DNA of 64,000 nucleotides from Candidatus Amesbacteria bacterium RIFCSPLOWO2_01_FULL_49_25 (lineage in GTDB: Bacteria; Patescibacteriota; Microgenomatia; CAZETR01; Amesbacteraceae). The notes beneath the pieces were generated by a model, which did not search any database, was not told the DNA's origin, and worked only from the letters and a program-made list of their open reading frames with translations. Location: positions 102,767 through 166,766 of the forward strand of contig MEXP01000020.1 in the NCBI GenBank assembly GCA_001773725.1. The letters are read 5' to 3'. The position numbers and the translations under genes are program-made. Below, piece by piece: positions 1-9,322 of this stretch (positions are counted from its first letter, which is position 1; the number at the start of each line of letters is the position of its first letter).

Positions 1-1982
1 ACAATCGTCAGATGCCCTCTTTTGTCAGTCCCCAATATTTGCGCCCTTTTTGACGACAAGTCTCCAATAACATCTCCCATAAAATCATCCGGCGTAGACA
101 CTTCCACCTTCATTACCGGTTCAATCAGGCAGGCATCCGCATGTTTGGCTGCATGTTGAAAAGCCAGCGATCCGGCAATCTTAAAAGCCATTTCCGAGGA
201 ATCTACATCATGGTAAGTTCCGTCATACAGAGTAATTTGCACATCCACTGTCGGAAACCCGGCCAAGACACCGTTCTCCATCGCATCCTTAATCCCTTTT
301 TCAATAGGCGGGATAAATTCAGACGGAATAGCCCCGCCTCTGATAGCGTCCACAAACTCATACCCTGCCCCCCTAGGCTGGGGTTCGATTTTTATGAAAC
401 AATGTCCGTATTGACCGCGGCCTCCTGATTGCCGGATATATTTACCCTCTCCCTCCGCCGTACTTTTAACCGTTTCTTTGTAGGCCACCTGTGGCGCTCC
501 CGTGTTAACTTCTACTCCAAACTCCCGCTTCATCCGGTCCACGATGATCTCCAAATGCAACTCTCCCATTCCCGAAATAATCGTCTGCCCCGTTTCTTGG
601 TTAGATTTAATCCTGAAAGTGGGATCCTCATCGGAAAGTTTGCTCAGGGCGTACCCCATCTTTTCCTGATCCGATTTAGTCTTAGGTTCTATGGCCAGCG
701 AAATCACCGGCTCCGGAAAAGTTATTGTTTCCAGTAGTATCTGAGCATTCTTATCACACAAAGTGTTGCCCGTCGAGGTCTCTTTCAACCCCACCAGCGC
801 CACAATTTCTCCAGCATACGCCGCATCAATCTCCTCCCGTTTGTTGGCGTGCATCAAAAGCATTCGCGAAATCCGTTCCTCTTTTTGTTTCGAAGCGTTC
901 CATACCGGCTGTCCGGCCGAAAGTTTTCCAGAGTAGATCCGGACATAAGTCAACCGGCCCACATGCGGATCCGTCTGAATCTTAAATGCCAATCCCGCAA
1001 ACTTCTCTTCGTTTACAGTCTTTCTCGTTATCTCCCCCCCGGTATGCACATCCGTCCCTCTTACGTGATCCACGTCCACTGGGGACGGCAAGTACTCCAC
1101 AACCGCGTCCAGCATCGGCTGAACTCCTTTATTGCGCAGGGACGCCCCGGCATAAACTGGAACCAGTTTATAGGCTATTACCGCCCTTCTTAAAGCCGTC
1201 TTCAGTTCTTTAATATCCGGTTCTTCTCCCGCCAAGAACTTTTCCAAAAGTACATCATCAGTCTCACAAATCTGCTCAATCAATTTGTTCCGCCATTTTT
1301 CTACAACCTCTTTCATATCCGCCGGGACTTCCTCCTCAGCGTACTTCGCCCCCGTTTCATCGCCCGGCCAAACCAGGGCTTTTTTCTCCAAAAGCAGAAC
1401 CACTCCCTTAAAGGTCTGTTCCGCCCCGATAGGGTATGCCATTACAGCAGGGTTCGCTCCTAATCGCTCGATTATGGCTTTTACCGTTCCTTCAAAATTA
1501 GCTCCCAATTTGTCGTTTTTATTCACAAAAATAATCCGGGGAACATTATATTTATCCGCCTGCCGCCACACCGTCTCCGTTTGTGACTGTACCGTCTCTT
1601 CCGCATCCAAAACAGTCACCGCCCCGTCCAAAACCCGCAAAGATCTCTCCACCTCCGCTGTGAAATCCACGTGCCCCGGGGTATCGATAAGATTGATCCG
1701 GTAGGAGTCCTGGGGGACAGGAGAGTTGGGATCGGTAACCGTCCAGAAAGTCGTCGTGGCCGCCGATACTATTGTAATTCCTCTCTCTTTCTCCTGTTCC
1801 ATCCAATCCATTTGAGTGCTCCCCTCATCGATATCGCCTATCTTGTAGCTCTTCCCCGTGTAATACAAAATCCGCTCGCTCGTCGTCGTCTTTCCCGCGT
1901 CAATATGGGCAATAATCCCAATATTTCGCACCCGATCCAACGGCACAATTCTATTAGTAGTCTTAATATCACTCGCAGCCAT
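1..1982 (-). CDS. fusA: Elongation factor G (partial; the C-terminus runs off the left edge of the window)
   Basis: Minus-strand translation from the ATG whose complement lies at 1980-1982 reads [71 protein letters not shown]...[22 protein letters not shown]. These are the canonical EF-G G1-G3 motifs. The ORF stays open to position 1, which explains why it is missing from the ORF track. Confidence 0.9.
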   Translation of the reverse strand, partial: MAASDIKTTNRIVPLDRVRNIGIIAHIDAGKTTTSERILYYTGKSYKIGDIDEGSTQMDWMEQEKERGITIVSAATTTFWTVTDPNSPVPQDSYRINLIDTPGHVDFTAEVERSLRVLDGAVTVLDAEETVQSQTETVWRQADKYNVPRIIFVNKNDKLGANFEGTVKAIIERLGANPAVMAYPIGAEQTFKGVVLLLEKKALVWPGDETGAKYAEEEVPADMKEVVEKWRNKLIEQICETDDVLLEKFLAGEEPDIKELKTALRRAVIAYKLVPVYAGASLRNKGVQPMLDAVVEYLPSPVDVDHVRGTDVHTGGEITRKTVNEEKFAGLAFKIQTDPHVGRLTYVRIYSGKLSAGQPVWNASKQKEERISRMLLMHANKREEIDAAYAGEIVALVGLKETSTGNTLCDKNAQILLETITFPEPVISLAIEPKTKSDQEKMGYALSKLSDEDPTFRIKSNQETGQTIISGMGELHLEIIVDRMKREFGVEVNTGAPQVAYKETVKSTAEGEGKYIRQSGGRGQYGHCFIKIEPQPRGAGYEFVDAIRGGAIPSEFIPPIEKGIKDAMENGVLAGFPTVDVQITLYDGTYHDVDSSEMAFKIAGSLAFQHAAKHADACLIEPVMKVEVSTPDDFMGDVIGDLSSKRAQILGTDKRGHLTI
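1552..1806 (-). other. Shadow ORF inside fusA (alternate frame); not a gene
   Basis: It overlaps the fusA reading frame, has a TTG-type start and a low-complexity Gly-rich product. Confidence 0.1.
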
Positions 1983-2089
1983 AAAAAATAAGCCCGAAGC
2001 TTCACCAGATTGTACCAAACTCCAACTCTCCTGTCGACCGCCCTACACAGCCAGCGAGTATATCAAGGCCCCAGCCAGCATTCCCAAAG

Positions 2090-4672
2090 CTATTTATTCA
2101 ACCTTCGGTTGTGCAGCGCATACCCCAGCCACGCCCAGTTTTGATCGTAGTAGTTATTCATGTCTCCCCACCAGCCTGTCAGCTCTTCCAGCTCTTTTTT
2201 CTCCAAAAGTACCTCATACATTTCCTCAGCCAACTCAGGCCTAGTTGACAAAAAAACTGCCATCGCCCCCATGCTATTTGCCAGGCTGGCATATTCGGTC
2301 CTGGCCGTCCCGTCCAGACCATAAACCGCTGCCAACCGCCCCCCCGCTTTCCACTCAGATGCCAAAAACCGACTCGCCTCAGAAAGCAATTTCAAAGCCT
2401 CCTCCGAGCTAAACCACGCCCTATCTAGGGCCACTCGGAAATACAGCCTGAACGCGTCAAAGCCGTAATCGTCCGCGCCTTCTCGAAATTTTCCTGCCGA
2501 GGCCACTTGCCCGGTCTTCTCATCGACCCATATCCAGTTTGGCACCAGCCCCGTTTTGTTCTCCGTCCTGGTAGAAATTTGTTCCACCAACCAGTACGTG
2601 TCCTGAACCAAGGTCATCCAAGGGTGCTCGGGGTCGACCTCGGCAAACGTTCGGTAATGCGCCGGCGAAAAATACGACGGATTCACCAAATATCCCGCCC
2701 CTTCTTTCGCCCCCGACCCCGAGGTTAAATAGAGCCGCCCATCGATTCTTACCACCTCTTTTGCCAATATATAGGCCATAATTCTTTTAGCTTCCTCCAA
2801 ATATTTTTCTTCTCCCCATTTTTTGTTGGCCAACACCAAGGCTAAAGCGGCATCCAAATCGGCATCGGTTGCCGTGGCGAAGTCCATAAGTTGATCTCCC
2901 TTCCACAGCCAAGACAGCAACTTATCGTCCGACCTGTGTTGCAGGTGATCGCGCGTCCAGCCCCAGACTCCGTCAAAAGCTTTTTTGTCTCCCATCCACA
3001 CTGCTCGTAGCATGGCATAAGCCTGGCCCTCCGAAGTCGTCTGCCCAGTCGCCGGATCCACGACCATGCCATAGTCATGGACAAATCTCTCTTTGTAATC
3101 TTTCCACGTCTGGTCCAACACGATCGATATGTCGTCTTTGACCCGGTTTACCCCCATCCAGTCCCCGTTGGTGCTGATGTACTTCGTCCGGTCCAAATAA
3201 GCCGTGCTCCCGTTAATCCATATTGCCTCATGAACCGAGTTATCCAAGATCGCCTTAATAAATTCCGCTCCAAACTGCCGCACCAGCTTCAGTGTTTCAT
3301 GGCTAACTAAGATGTAATCCACGTTTCGCCAATCGTTATTCAGCCTCTTGCCGTAAATCCCCGGATCCTTCTCCACTTTCCAGGACCAATGAGTATTAAG
3401 CAAAGGCGGATCACTCTCAAATCTGGCTAACTTCAAGTCCAAATAAATGGACGAATCAGCCACGATCACGCTCTCAATTGGAAAATTGGCTTTGGCATAC
3501 TCCACGGCTTGTCGGTGGGCAAAATTCTCGTCCCGCCTAAATTGCCCGATATCCTGCCCCCCCAGAACTAGTAGTGACAGTCCGGCCACTTCGGCCACCC
3601 ATATCGCTCGTAGTCTAGTCATATTCTTCAGCTTTTCCCCTGCCCAGCCAGCCACTGCCCCAAAACACCACGCCACAAAAGGGATCATCGGCAGGATATA
3701 AAAATCAATGATCAATCGAGAAGTCAACAGAAACGCCGCAAAGCTCCACCCAAATATAGCTGGAACTCGCAGTTTTTTGACCCTTATTGCCAGCACTCCA
3801 CCAGCAATCAAACTTATAGTACCGCCCCACGTCCATATCGGGTCTTTTGTTTCCCATGTCTTCCAAGCACTGTAAAACAAGCTCCTTCTATCCCAAAAAG
3901 GAAAGTCCACTCCCCGGCTCATTTGCTCTCTAAATGTATCCACCATACTTACCCGCTCCATGACCTCTCCTCCAAACCCCCGCGGCCAAAACTCTCCCTT
4001 AAGTAAAGCCAGCAAAAAATACAAGCCGATTACCAATCCGCACACCGAAAAACTTACCGTCATTATAAACGACCTGTTTTTTCCGGCTCTGTTCCAAACG
4101 AGATAAGAAAACGCCGGCACAAAAAAAATTGCCACTTCTTTTGACAGCACGGCAATTCCAAAGGTAGCCGCAGCCGCCGCAGCCGTCCATAACTTCAGTT
4201 TTTCCCGCGTCAAAATCCACACCGCCAACATTACCCAAAAAGTCGCAACATTGTCCAAAAGTACCCGCCTCTGATAATAAATGGCCAGCGGCGATAGGCT
4301 AAACCAAATTACCGCTACCACCCCCCCCAACCTACTTCCAGCCGCTTTTTTGGCGACTAGATACAACAACACCGCCGTCGCCACATGCAGCCCCCACATC
4401 AGAACCCGTCCCGAATTGACCGACATTCCAAAAGTAAATCCCCCCCCACTTATTTTTTGCCACAGTGCAATAAGTAACCACCCCGCCGGTGCATGGTCAT
4501 ACCAATATGTATATGGCGATAACCGGCTCAAATTGCCCGCGGCCCAGGCCTGTGCCACATACACTCCCTCGTCATTCTCGTAGTAGGGGAAGTTAAACAT
4601 ATTATGCCCGTGCACCACCCCCGCCCCGATTATCACCGCGGCCATTATCAATCCCTCAACCCATCTCCCCAT
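2090..4672 (-). CDS. Fusion protein: N-terminal polytopic GT-C-fold glycosyltransferase domain (PMT/ArnT-like, GT39/GT83 type) joined to a C-terminal family-8 glycoside hydrolase (BcsZ-like endoglucanase)
   Basis: 860 aa. The N-terminal ~560 aa carry about 12 hydrophobic segments, an early NDEGVYV motif (DE motif, as in DETRYAE of ArnT) and a PAGWLLIALW segment. The C-terminal ~300 aa align with BcsZ: TSEGQAYAML (catalytic-Glu motif), AFDGVWGWT, LSWLW and ATDADLDAALAL. Its start overlaps the stop of the upstream GT2 gene by 17 nt. Confidence 0.6.
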   Translation of the reverse strand: MGRWVEGLIMAAVIIGAGVVHGHNMFNFPYYENDEGVYVAQAWAAGNLSRLSPYTYWYDHAPAGWLLIALWQKISGGGFTFGMSVNSGRVLMWGLHVATAVLLYLVAKKAAGSRLGGVVAVIWFSLSPLAIYYQRRVLLDNVATFWVMLAVWILTREKLKLWTAAAAAATFGIAVLSKEVAIFFVPAFSYLVWNRAGKNRSFIMTVSFSVCGLVIGLYFLLALLKGEFWPRGFGGEVMERVSMVDTFREQMSRGVDFPFWDRRSLFYSAWKTWETKDPIWTWGGTISLIAGGVLAIRVKKLRVPAIFGWSFAAFLLTSRLIIDFYILPMIPFVAWCFGAVAGWAGEKLKNMTRLRAIWVAEVAGLSLLVLGGQDIGQFRRDENFAHRQAVEYAKANFPIESVIVADSSIYLDLKLARFESDPPLLNTHWSWKVEKDPGIYGKRLNNDWRNVDYILVSHETLKLVRQFGAEFIKAILDNSVHEAIWINGSTAYLDRTKYISTNGDWMGVNRVKDDISIVLDQTWKDYKERFVHDYGMVVDPATGQTTSEGQAYAMLRAVWMGDKKAFDGVWGWTRDHLQHRSDDKLLSWLWKGDQLMDFATATDADLDAALALVLANKKWGEEKYLEEAKRIMAYILAKEVVRIDGRLYLTSGSGAKEGAGYLVNPSYFSPAHYRTFAEVDPEHPWMTLVQDTYWLVEQISTRTENKTGLVPNWIWVDEKTGQVASAGKFREGADDYGFDAFRLYFRVALDRAWFSSEEALKLLSEASRFLASEWKAGGRLAAVYGLDGTARTEYASLANSMGAMAVFLSTRPELAEEMYEVLLEKKELEELTGWWGDMNNYYDQNWAWLGYALHNRRLNK

Positions 4673-6056
4673 ATCTTACTCCAGCATACCCCAAGCCATC
4701 CACCCGGTGGGCGTTGACATGAGTCGTCTTTTCCCACATCAGGTTGCCTACCACCAATCGCCATACTGCCCTCAATGCTCCAATGGCCAATATCACTATG
4801 TACGGCCAAAACCCGGCAACTAGCATCGGCCCCATCCACCACGGAAAGATCAATTTGTAATCTCGCGTGAACTGCCACATCCCAGTAACGGCTACCACCA
4901 GTTGCATTATCAAAAGTCCTAACGGCACATAGGAAAACATCGCTAATGGGATACCCAGCCCATAGACTGCTCCTGCCCAGGCAAGTATCGGGGCCACAAG
5001 TAACACCCCCACCAGTATCTCCGGCAGCACCAGCAAATACCCGGTCAAGATTCTCTGGTTCCATTTAGGCAAGCCTTTCCATTCCCCCCTCCCTAGTACC
5101 TGCAAAAACCCCATATTCCACCTCGTCCGTTGTCGCACCAGGGCCGAAAGCGTCACCGGGGTCTCTTCCGCCGTCGCGTGTTCTTCGTCGTATACAACGG
5201 CGATCCTCGCCCCCATTTTCGAAAGTCGAATGCCGATTTCCGCGTCCTCAGTCAGACACTTCTCGTCCCACCCCCCGGCCCTGTTCAACCACACCCGCTT
5301 GAAAAATACCGTATTTCCCCCCAAAGGCACTACCCCCTGTCTAGCAAAAAAATGCAATGCCGACTTGAACCAGAAGTAGTACTCCAGAACATTAAAAGCC
5401 GCAAACCAGCTCGACCGGTAGTTTACAAGCTGCACCCCGGACTGCACAACGTCTGTGCCTTCACGGACCATCACCGTGTTCACGATTTTATAAATGTCCG
5501 GGTGCGGCTGGTCTTCAGCGTCAAATATCGCTACCACTTCGTTTTTGGCGCGGTACAAACCCCAGTTCAGTTGATTGGGTTTATTGACCGGTGTATCATT
5601 GACCACTACCAATTTAATATTTTCCCGACCCAAAGTGTCCATGACTCTTTGCGCCGCCTCAAGTGTCTCCCTATCGTCTCCCCGAACCAGAACCAGTAGC
5701 TCCTTCATCTCCTCGGGATAGTCGATATTAGCAATGGCAGCTATCGTCTCCCCGATTACCGCTTCCTCGTGCCGGGCAGGAAGTAAAGCTGTAAACGAAA
5801 ATCTAGGTTCAATTAGCCTCTTGGGCGACTTGTTTTTCTCAATTGTATCCGGCTCGTTCCAGGCATACAAAATCAGATATAGAAAGAAAAAGGCTTGGGC
5901 TGAGATCAAAACAGTCACTATCGCGAATCCCGCGATGACCAGATCTCTCATTGTCGCCACGATCATACCCCCCCACATAAGCCGGCCCGCCAAATACACG
6001 GCCAATCCAGCAAGGGTTAGTGTCCAGATGTTAATTTTTCGCTCAAGTAAAGACAT
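4656..6056 (-). CDS. Family-2 processive beta-glycosyltransferase (cellulose-synthase/PgaC/NodC-like polysaccharide synthase)
   Basis: 466 aa. TM helices flank a GT-A domain. Motifs present: AIFDAED (DxD), LTEDAEIG (TED) and QRTRW (the Q(Q/R)xRW signature of processive synthases). Translationally coupled to the downstream GT-C::GH8 gene. Confidence 0.75.
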   Translation of the reverse strand: MSLLERKINIWTLTLAGLAVYLAGRLMWGGMIVATMRDLVIAGFAIVTVLISAQAFFFLYLILYAWNEPDTIEKNKSPKRLIEPRFSFTALLPARHEEAVIGETIAAIANIDYPEEMKELLVLVRGDDRETLEAAQRVMDTLGRENIKLVVVNDTPVNKPNQLNWGLYRAKNEVVAIFDAEDQPHPDIYKIVNTVMVREGTDVVQSGVQLVNYRSSWFAAFNVLEYYFWFKSALHFFARQGVVPLGGNTVFFKRVWLNRAGGWDEKCLTEDAEIGIRLSKMGARIAVVYDEEHATAEETPVTLSALVRQRTRWNMGFLQVLGRGEWKGLPKWNQRILTGYLLVLPEILVGVLLVAPILAWAGAVYGLGIPLAMFSYVPLGLLIMQLVVAVTGMWQFTRDYKLIFPWWMGPMLVAGFWPYIVILAIGALRAVWRLVVGNLMWEKTTHVNAHRVDGLGYAGVRYGEMG

Positions 6057-6187
6057 ATCAAGAAAACAATCCGAGGAAGTGGGGCTGGGGGCATTTGTGG
6101 TTTTTTATTTTTTATTCGCTATTTCTGAATAAAATAAAATTTTCCACATAGCATCAGCTACGGACAGTCTTCTCGAGTCCCCAAAGG

Positions 6188-6215
6188 GGAAAACCGGGGG
6201 CAAGTCCGGTTTTCC
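6188..6215 (-). terminator. Perfect 10-bp hairpin (GGAAAACCGG / CCGGTTTTCC, 8-nt loop) just 3' of the 6225..6926 gene
   Basis: Read directly from the sequence. On the minus strand the flanking run is CCCTTTGGGG, which is only weakly U-rich. Confidence 0.4.
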
Positions 6216-6224
6216 AAATGTCAA

Positions 6225-6926
6225 TCATCGACTGACTAGGGGGAGATACAGCTCATGATGGGTCGGGCGGGGGGTACTCGTCACAGTCGGGGTAGGGGAG
6301 GGGGTTTCAGTAAAAGTAGGGGTGTCGGAGGGAGCAGGATACGCAGTCTCTGTCGGCGTCGCCGTCGGGGTGGGGGTGTTAGTAGAAGTAGGAGTCGGAG
6401 TCTCAGTGACTTCAAGTGTACTGCACGACGTGGGCACACGAATTTTCTTCACTCTGTCATTCAATGTGCCAATCGGCAATCCTTGAACATTCGTCATACT
6501 CTGCGTGAACACGCCACCGGCCTGGAGAATCAATCCATTAGCTGCTGGATAGCTCCAAAACTCAGCGGGATCGCCGAGAATTGATCCTTCCACATAGCTA
6601 ACTCTGTTCTGCAGGGGGTTTACGTCAAACTCGGCATAAGAGTGAACAGTGACGGTTAAAGGAATTGTGCTTCCAACTTTGTCTCGAGCGATAAATTGCC
6701 CGTTACTGTAGTTGTACACAACCCATTCACCATCAAGGTCACCCATGCCATTAAGCTCACTTTCGTAAACCCGCAGATTGAATCCAGGATCGAGAGGAAC
6801 GTCATTCCGAATTGTAGACGCACCAACTTTCGCGACATCCCAAACTGCCAGCACCAAGGCCACCGACGCTACACCACACATAAAAACCCCAAAAACAAGC
6901 CAAAACACCGCTTCTATCTTTTTCAT
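6225..6926 (-). CDS. Secreted or membrane-anchored hypothetical protein with a C-terminal Thr/Pro-rich linker
   Basis: 233 aa. N-terminal hydrophobic helix (FWLVFGVFMCGVASVALVLAVW). The C-terminus reads TETPTPTSTNTPTPTATPTETAYPAPSDTPTFTETPSPTPTVTSTPRPT, encoded by the G-rich plus-strand stretch at 6240-6420. Confidence 0.6.
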   Translation of the reverse strand: MKKIEAVFWLVFGVFMCGVASVALVLAVWDVAKVGASTIRNDVPLDPGFNLRVYESELNGMGDLDGEWVVYNYSNGQFIARDKVGSTIPLTVTVHSYAEFDVNPLQNRVSYVEGSILGDPAEFWSYPAANGLILQAGGVFTQSMTNVQGLPIGTLNDRVKKIRVPTSCSTLEVTETPTPTSTNTPTPTATPTETAYPAPSDTPTFTETPSPTPTVTSTPRPTHHELYLPLVSR

Positions 6927-7319
6927 TCTTACCTCTTATCGCCCCATCTTTGGGTTTAGATTTTGTCTCTTTTTTTAAAAAGACAACCCAAAAGATGCTT
7001 GCCCAGGCGACAGACACCAAAGCACCAAATTTCTGATGCCTTCGTTTCTGCCGCTTGGGGCAAAAAATTATCTCTAAAAAAGTCTGTCCAAGCCGCAAAT
7101 CACTACGGCTTTTCTTCCTCGGATTGTCAAAGGGCAAAAAATGAGGCCAAACACTTGTCTCGGATGCATTTATCCGTGGGTTCACTACCTCATCCTATAG
7201 TTATTCTAACATACAAGCAGTAACATAATTCAACTTCACCAACACTCCCCATCAAAAAGTTGGCCAAGACATATAGGCCCTGGCATCTTTAGCACTCCAG
7301 GGGTACAATTGCCAGTGAA

Positions 7320-8183
7320 ATGGCTGCTAAGCGTGACTATTATGATATTTTAGGCGTTTCCAAAAACGCTACTCCAGCTGAACTTAAATCGGCTTACAGA
7401 AAGCTGGCGTTAGAATGGCACCCGGACCGCAACAAATCTCCCGAAGCGGAAAGCAAATTTAAAGAAATAAACGAAGCCTACCAAGTCCTTTCCGACCCCA
7501 AAAAGAAAGGTAGTTACGATCAATTCGGCCACTCCGCCTTCGATTCTACGGCTGGTGGTCCAGGTGGATTTGGTGGCTTTCGTCAGCAAGGGCCATTTCA
7601 ATATTATTATTCTTCGGGAGGAGAAAACCCATTTGGAGATTTGGGAGGGTTTTCCGATCCTTTCGAGATCTTTGAGCAGTTTTTCGGCACTTCTTCTCCT
7701 TTTGGCCGCCGGGGTCCCGCCAAACCCCATTATTCTTTGCGAGTTCCTTTTATGACCGCCATCAAGGGCGGCACCGAAACCGTCTCTATTGATGGTAAAA
7801 AACATTCCATCAAAATCCCGGCCGGTACCGATACCGGAACTCACCTGCGCTTTTCCAATTTTGACGTTACTTTTGAGGTCGAACCCCACTCTCAATTCAA
7901 ACGCGATGCTGACGACGTGTATATCGACCACGAAATCTCATTTATCATGGCCATTTTGGGTGGTGAGACCGACGTCAATACCTTAGACGGCAATCTCCGC
8001 CTCAAAATTCGCCCCGGGACTCAACCTGGGTCAACCGTTCGTTTAACCGGCCGCGGAGCCCCCCGCTTGCACTCAGTCAGAAACGATGACCGCGGCGACT
8101 TCTACATCCGTCTCAAAATAACCCTGCCCCCCAATATTTCCAGAAGACAGCGCCAGCTTCTAGAAGAATTCGAGAGAAGCTGA
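7320..8183 (+). CDS. J-domain co-chaperone (DnaJ/CbpA family) with no Cys-rich zinc-finger region
   Basis: N-terminal DYYDILGV...[13 protein letters not shown]...EAYQVLSD J domain, a G/F-rich linker, and a DnaJ C-terminal domain. No CxxCxGxG repeats. Confidence 0.8.
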   Translation: MAAKRDYYDILGVSKNATPAELKSAYRKLALEWHPDRNKSPEAESKFKEINEAYQVLSDPKKKGSYDQFGHSAFDSTAGGPGGFGGFRQQGPFQYYYSSGGENPFGDLGGFSDPFEIFEQFFGTSSPFGRRGPAKPHYSLRVPFMTAIKGGTETVSIDGKKHSIKIPAGTDTGTHLRFSNFDVTFEVEPHSQFKRDADDVYIDHEISFIMAILGGETDVNTLDGNLRLKIRPGTQPGSTVRLTGRGAPRLHSVRNDDRGDFYIRLKITLPPNISRRQRQLLEEFERS

Positions 8184-8198
8184 TATAATCGCCTTATT

Positions 8199-9299
8199 AT
8201 GGCCAAACCAACTATTGCCCGCACAGAGTTCGCCTCGGCTCTAAATCAAGTAGCCCACGAGCGCAATTTAGACCCCCAGGTAGTAGTCGACGCTATCCAG
8301 CAGGCCATTCTCGCCGCCTTCAAAAAAGATCACCCCGACTCATTTAAAGAAGATTACGTCTACGAAATAGACCTAGATCCCGCTTCCGGTGAAGCCCGGA
8401 TCCATTCTCTTCCAGGTGAGTCTTATGAAGAAGACGGCATTGCCAAAGTCCGGCCCGTTCCCGGAGCCCCCCGCCTGGACATCACTCCTCCGGGTTTTGG
8501 CCGTATCGCCGCCATGACCGCCAAACAAGTCATCTACCAAAAAGTCCGTGAAGCCGAAAAATCAAATATTGTTGCCGAATGCGAAAAGCGTCTGTCCACT
8601 CTCATCAATGGGACTATCTTAAGAGTCTTGGGCGGCGATGTTATCGTCGAGATCGACACCGGAAAACATGGCCGGATTGAAGCCGTTATGCCGCGTGACC
8701 AACAAGTTCATTCCGAAGATTACCACCCCAACCAGCGTCTCACTTTCCTTCTCCACAGCATCCGTGATAGCGCTCGCGGTCGCGAAGTCGTCGTCTCCCG
8801 TGCCGACACAGGTCTTATTCGTGAGCTTTTCCGCCGCGAAGTTCCCGAGGTTAACTCAGGAAGCGTAGAAGTCAAAGCCATATCGCGCGATCCTGGTTCC
8901 CGCACCAAAATTGCAGTTTATTCCCATCAGTCCGGCGTCGATCCAGTTGGCTCCTGCGTCGGCCAAAAAGGAGTCCGCGTCCAGGCCGTCATTTCCGAAC
9001 TCAATGGTGAAAAAATCGATGTCATTCAATTCAGTGAAGACTTGGAAAGGTTTGTCGCCACAAGCCTGGCCCCTGCCTCCAACTTGCAAGTCGCCATAGA
9101 TTCCAAAAAAGCAGTCGCTGAGGTCACGGCCCCCGCCGACCAATTGTCTTTGGCTATCGGTCGCGAGGGTCAAAATGCCAAACTTGCTGGCCGCCTCGTC
9201 AACCTTCACATTGATATCAGACCAGAAAAGGGAACATCCGAACGCAAAGAAGACAGCTCATCTACCGATGACAAGTCGCCAGCCATCAATGACCAATAG
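8199..9299 (+). CDS. nusA: Transcription termination/antitermination factor NusA
   Basis: NusA N-terminal domain followed by S1 and KH motifs (RIAAMTAKQVIYQKVREAEK...; GQKGVRVQAVISELNGEKIDVIQ). Confidence 0.9.
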   Translation: MAKPTIARTEFASALNQVAHERNLDPQVVVDAIQQAILAAFKKDHPDSFKEDYVYEIDLDPASGEARIHSLPGESYEEDGIAKVRPVPGAPRLDITPPGFGRIAAMTAKQVIYQKVREAEKSNIVAECEKRLSTLINGTILRVLGGDVIVEIDTGKHGRIEAVMPRDQQVHSEDYHPNQRLTFLLHSIRDSARGREVVVSRADTGLIRELFRREVPEVNSGSVEVKAISRDPGSRTKIAVYSHQSGVDPVGSCVGQKGVRVQAVISELNGEKIDVIQFSEDLERFVATSLAPASNLQVAIDSKKAVAEVTAPADQLSLAIGREGQNAKLAGRLVNLHIDIRPEKGTSERKEDSSSTDDKSPAINDQ

Positions 9300-9322
9300 A
9301 TTTATTCGGCCATTTAAAAAAT

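Noticed and set aside
1983-2089. Weak hairpin (AAGC-TTCGG-GCTT) plus T6 immediately upstream of the fusA ATG on the minus strand, a possible terminator of the GT-C::GH8 gene
   Set aside because: The stem is only 4 bp and the U-run would abut the fusA start codon, leaving no room for an SD. This is not convincing as a terminator.
6240-6420. G-rich, seemingly repetitive DNA (GGGGTAGGGG..., GTCGGAG...) that could be mistaken for a tandem repeat or G-quadruplex array
   Set aside because: It is the coding strand complement of the Thr/Pro-rich (ACN/CCN codon) linker of the 6225..6926 gene. The periodicity is a codon-level consequence of the TPTPT peptide repeats.
7278-7340. CIRCE (HrcA operator) upstream of the J-protein gene: exact TTAGCACTC half-site
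   Set aside because: The best inverted partner (GGCTGCTAA, 7/9) lies 24 nt away, not 9 nt, and it is inside the coding start (ATGGCTGCTAAG). This is not a canonical CIRCE palindrome.
7410-7931. Antisense or alternate-frame ORFs inside well-supported genes (e.g. 7410..7931-, 12270..12650-, 19974..20387-, 22805..23341-, 44993..45415-, 4648..5064-, 33303..33551+)
   Set aside because: They lie fully within conserved housekeeping genes on the opposite strand or in another frame, encode low-complexity or Arg/Gly-rich peptides, and lack RBS-like sequences. They are typical shadow ORFs of moderately GC-rich DNA.
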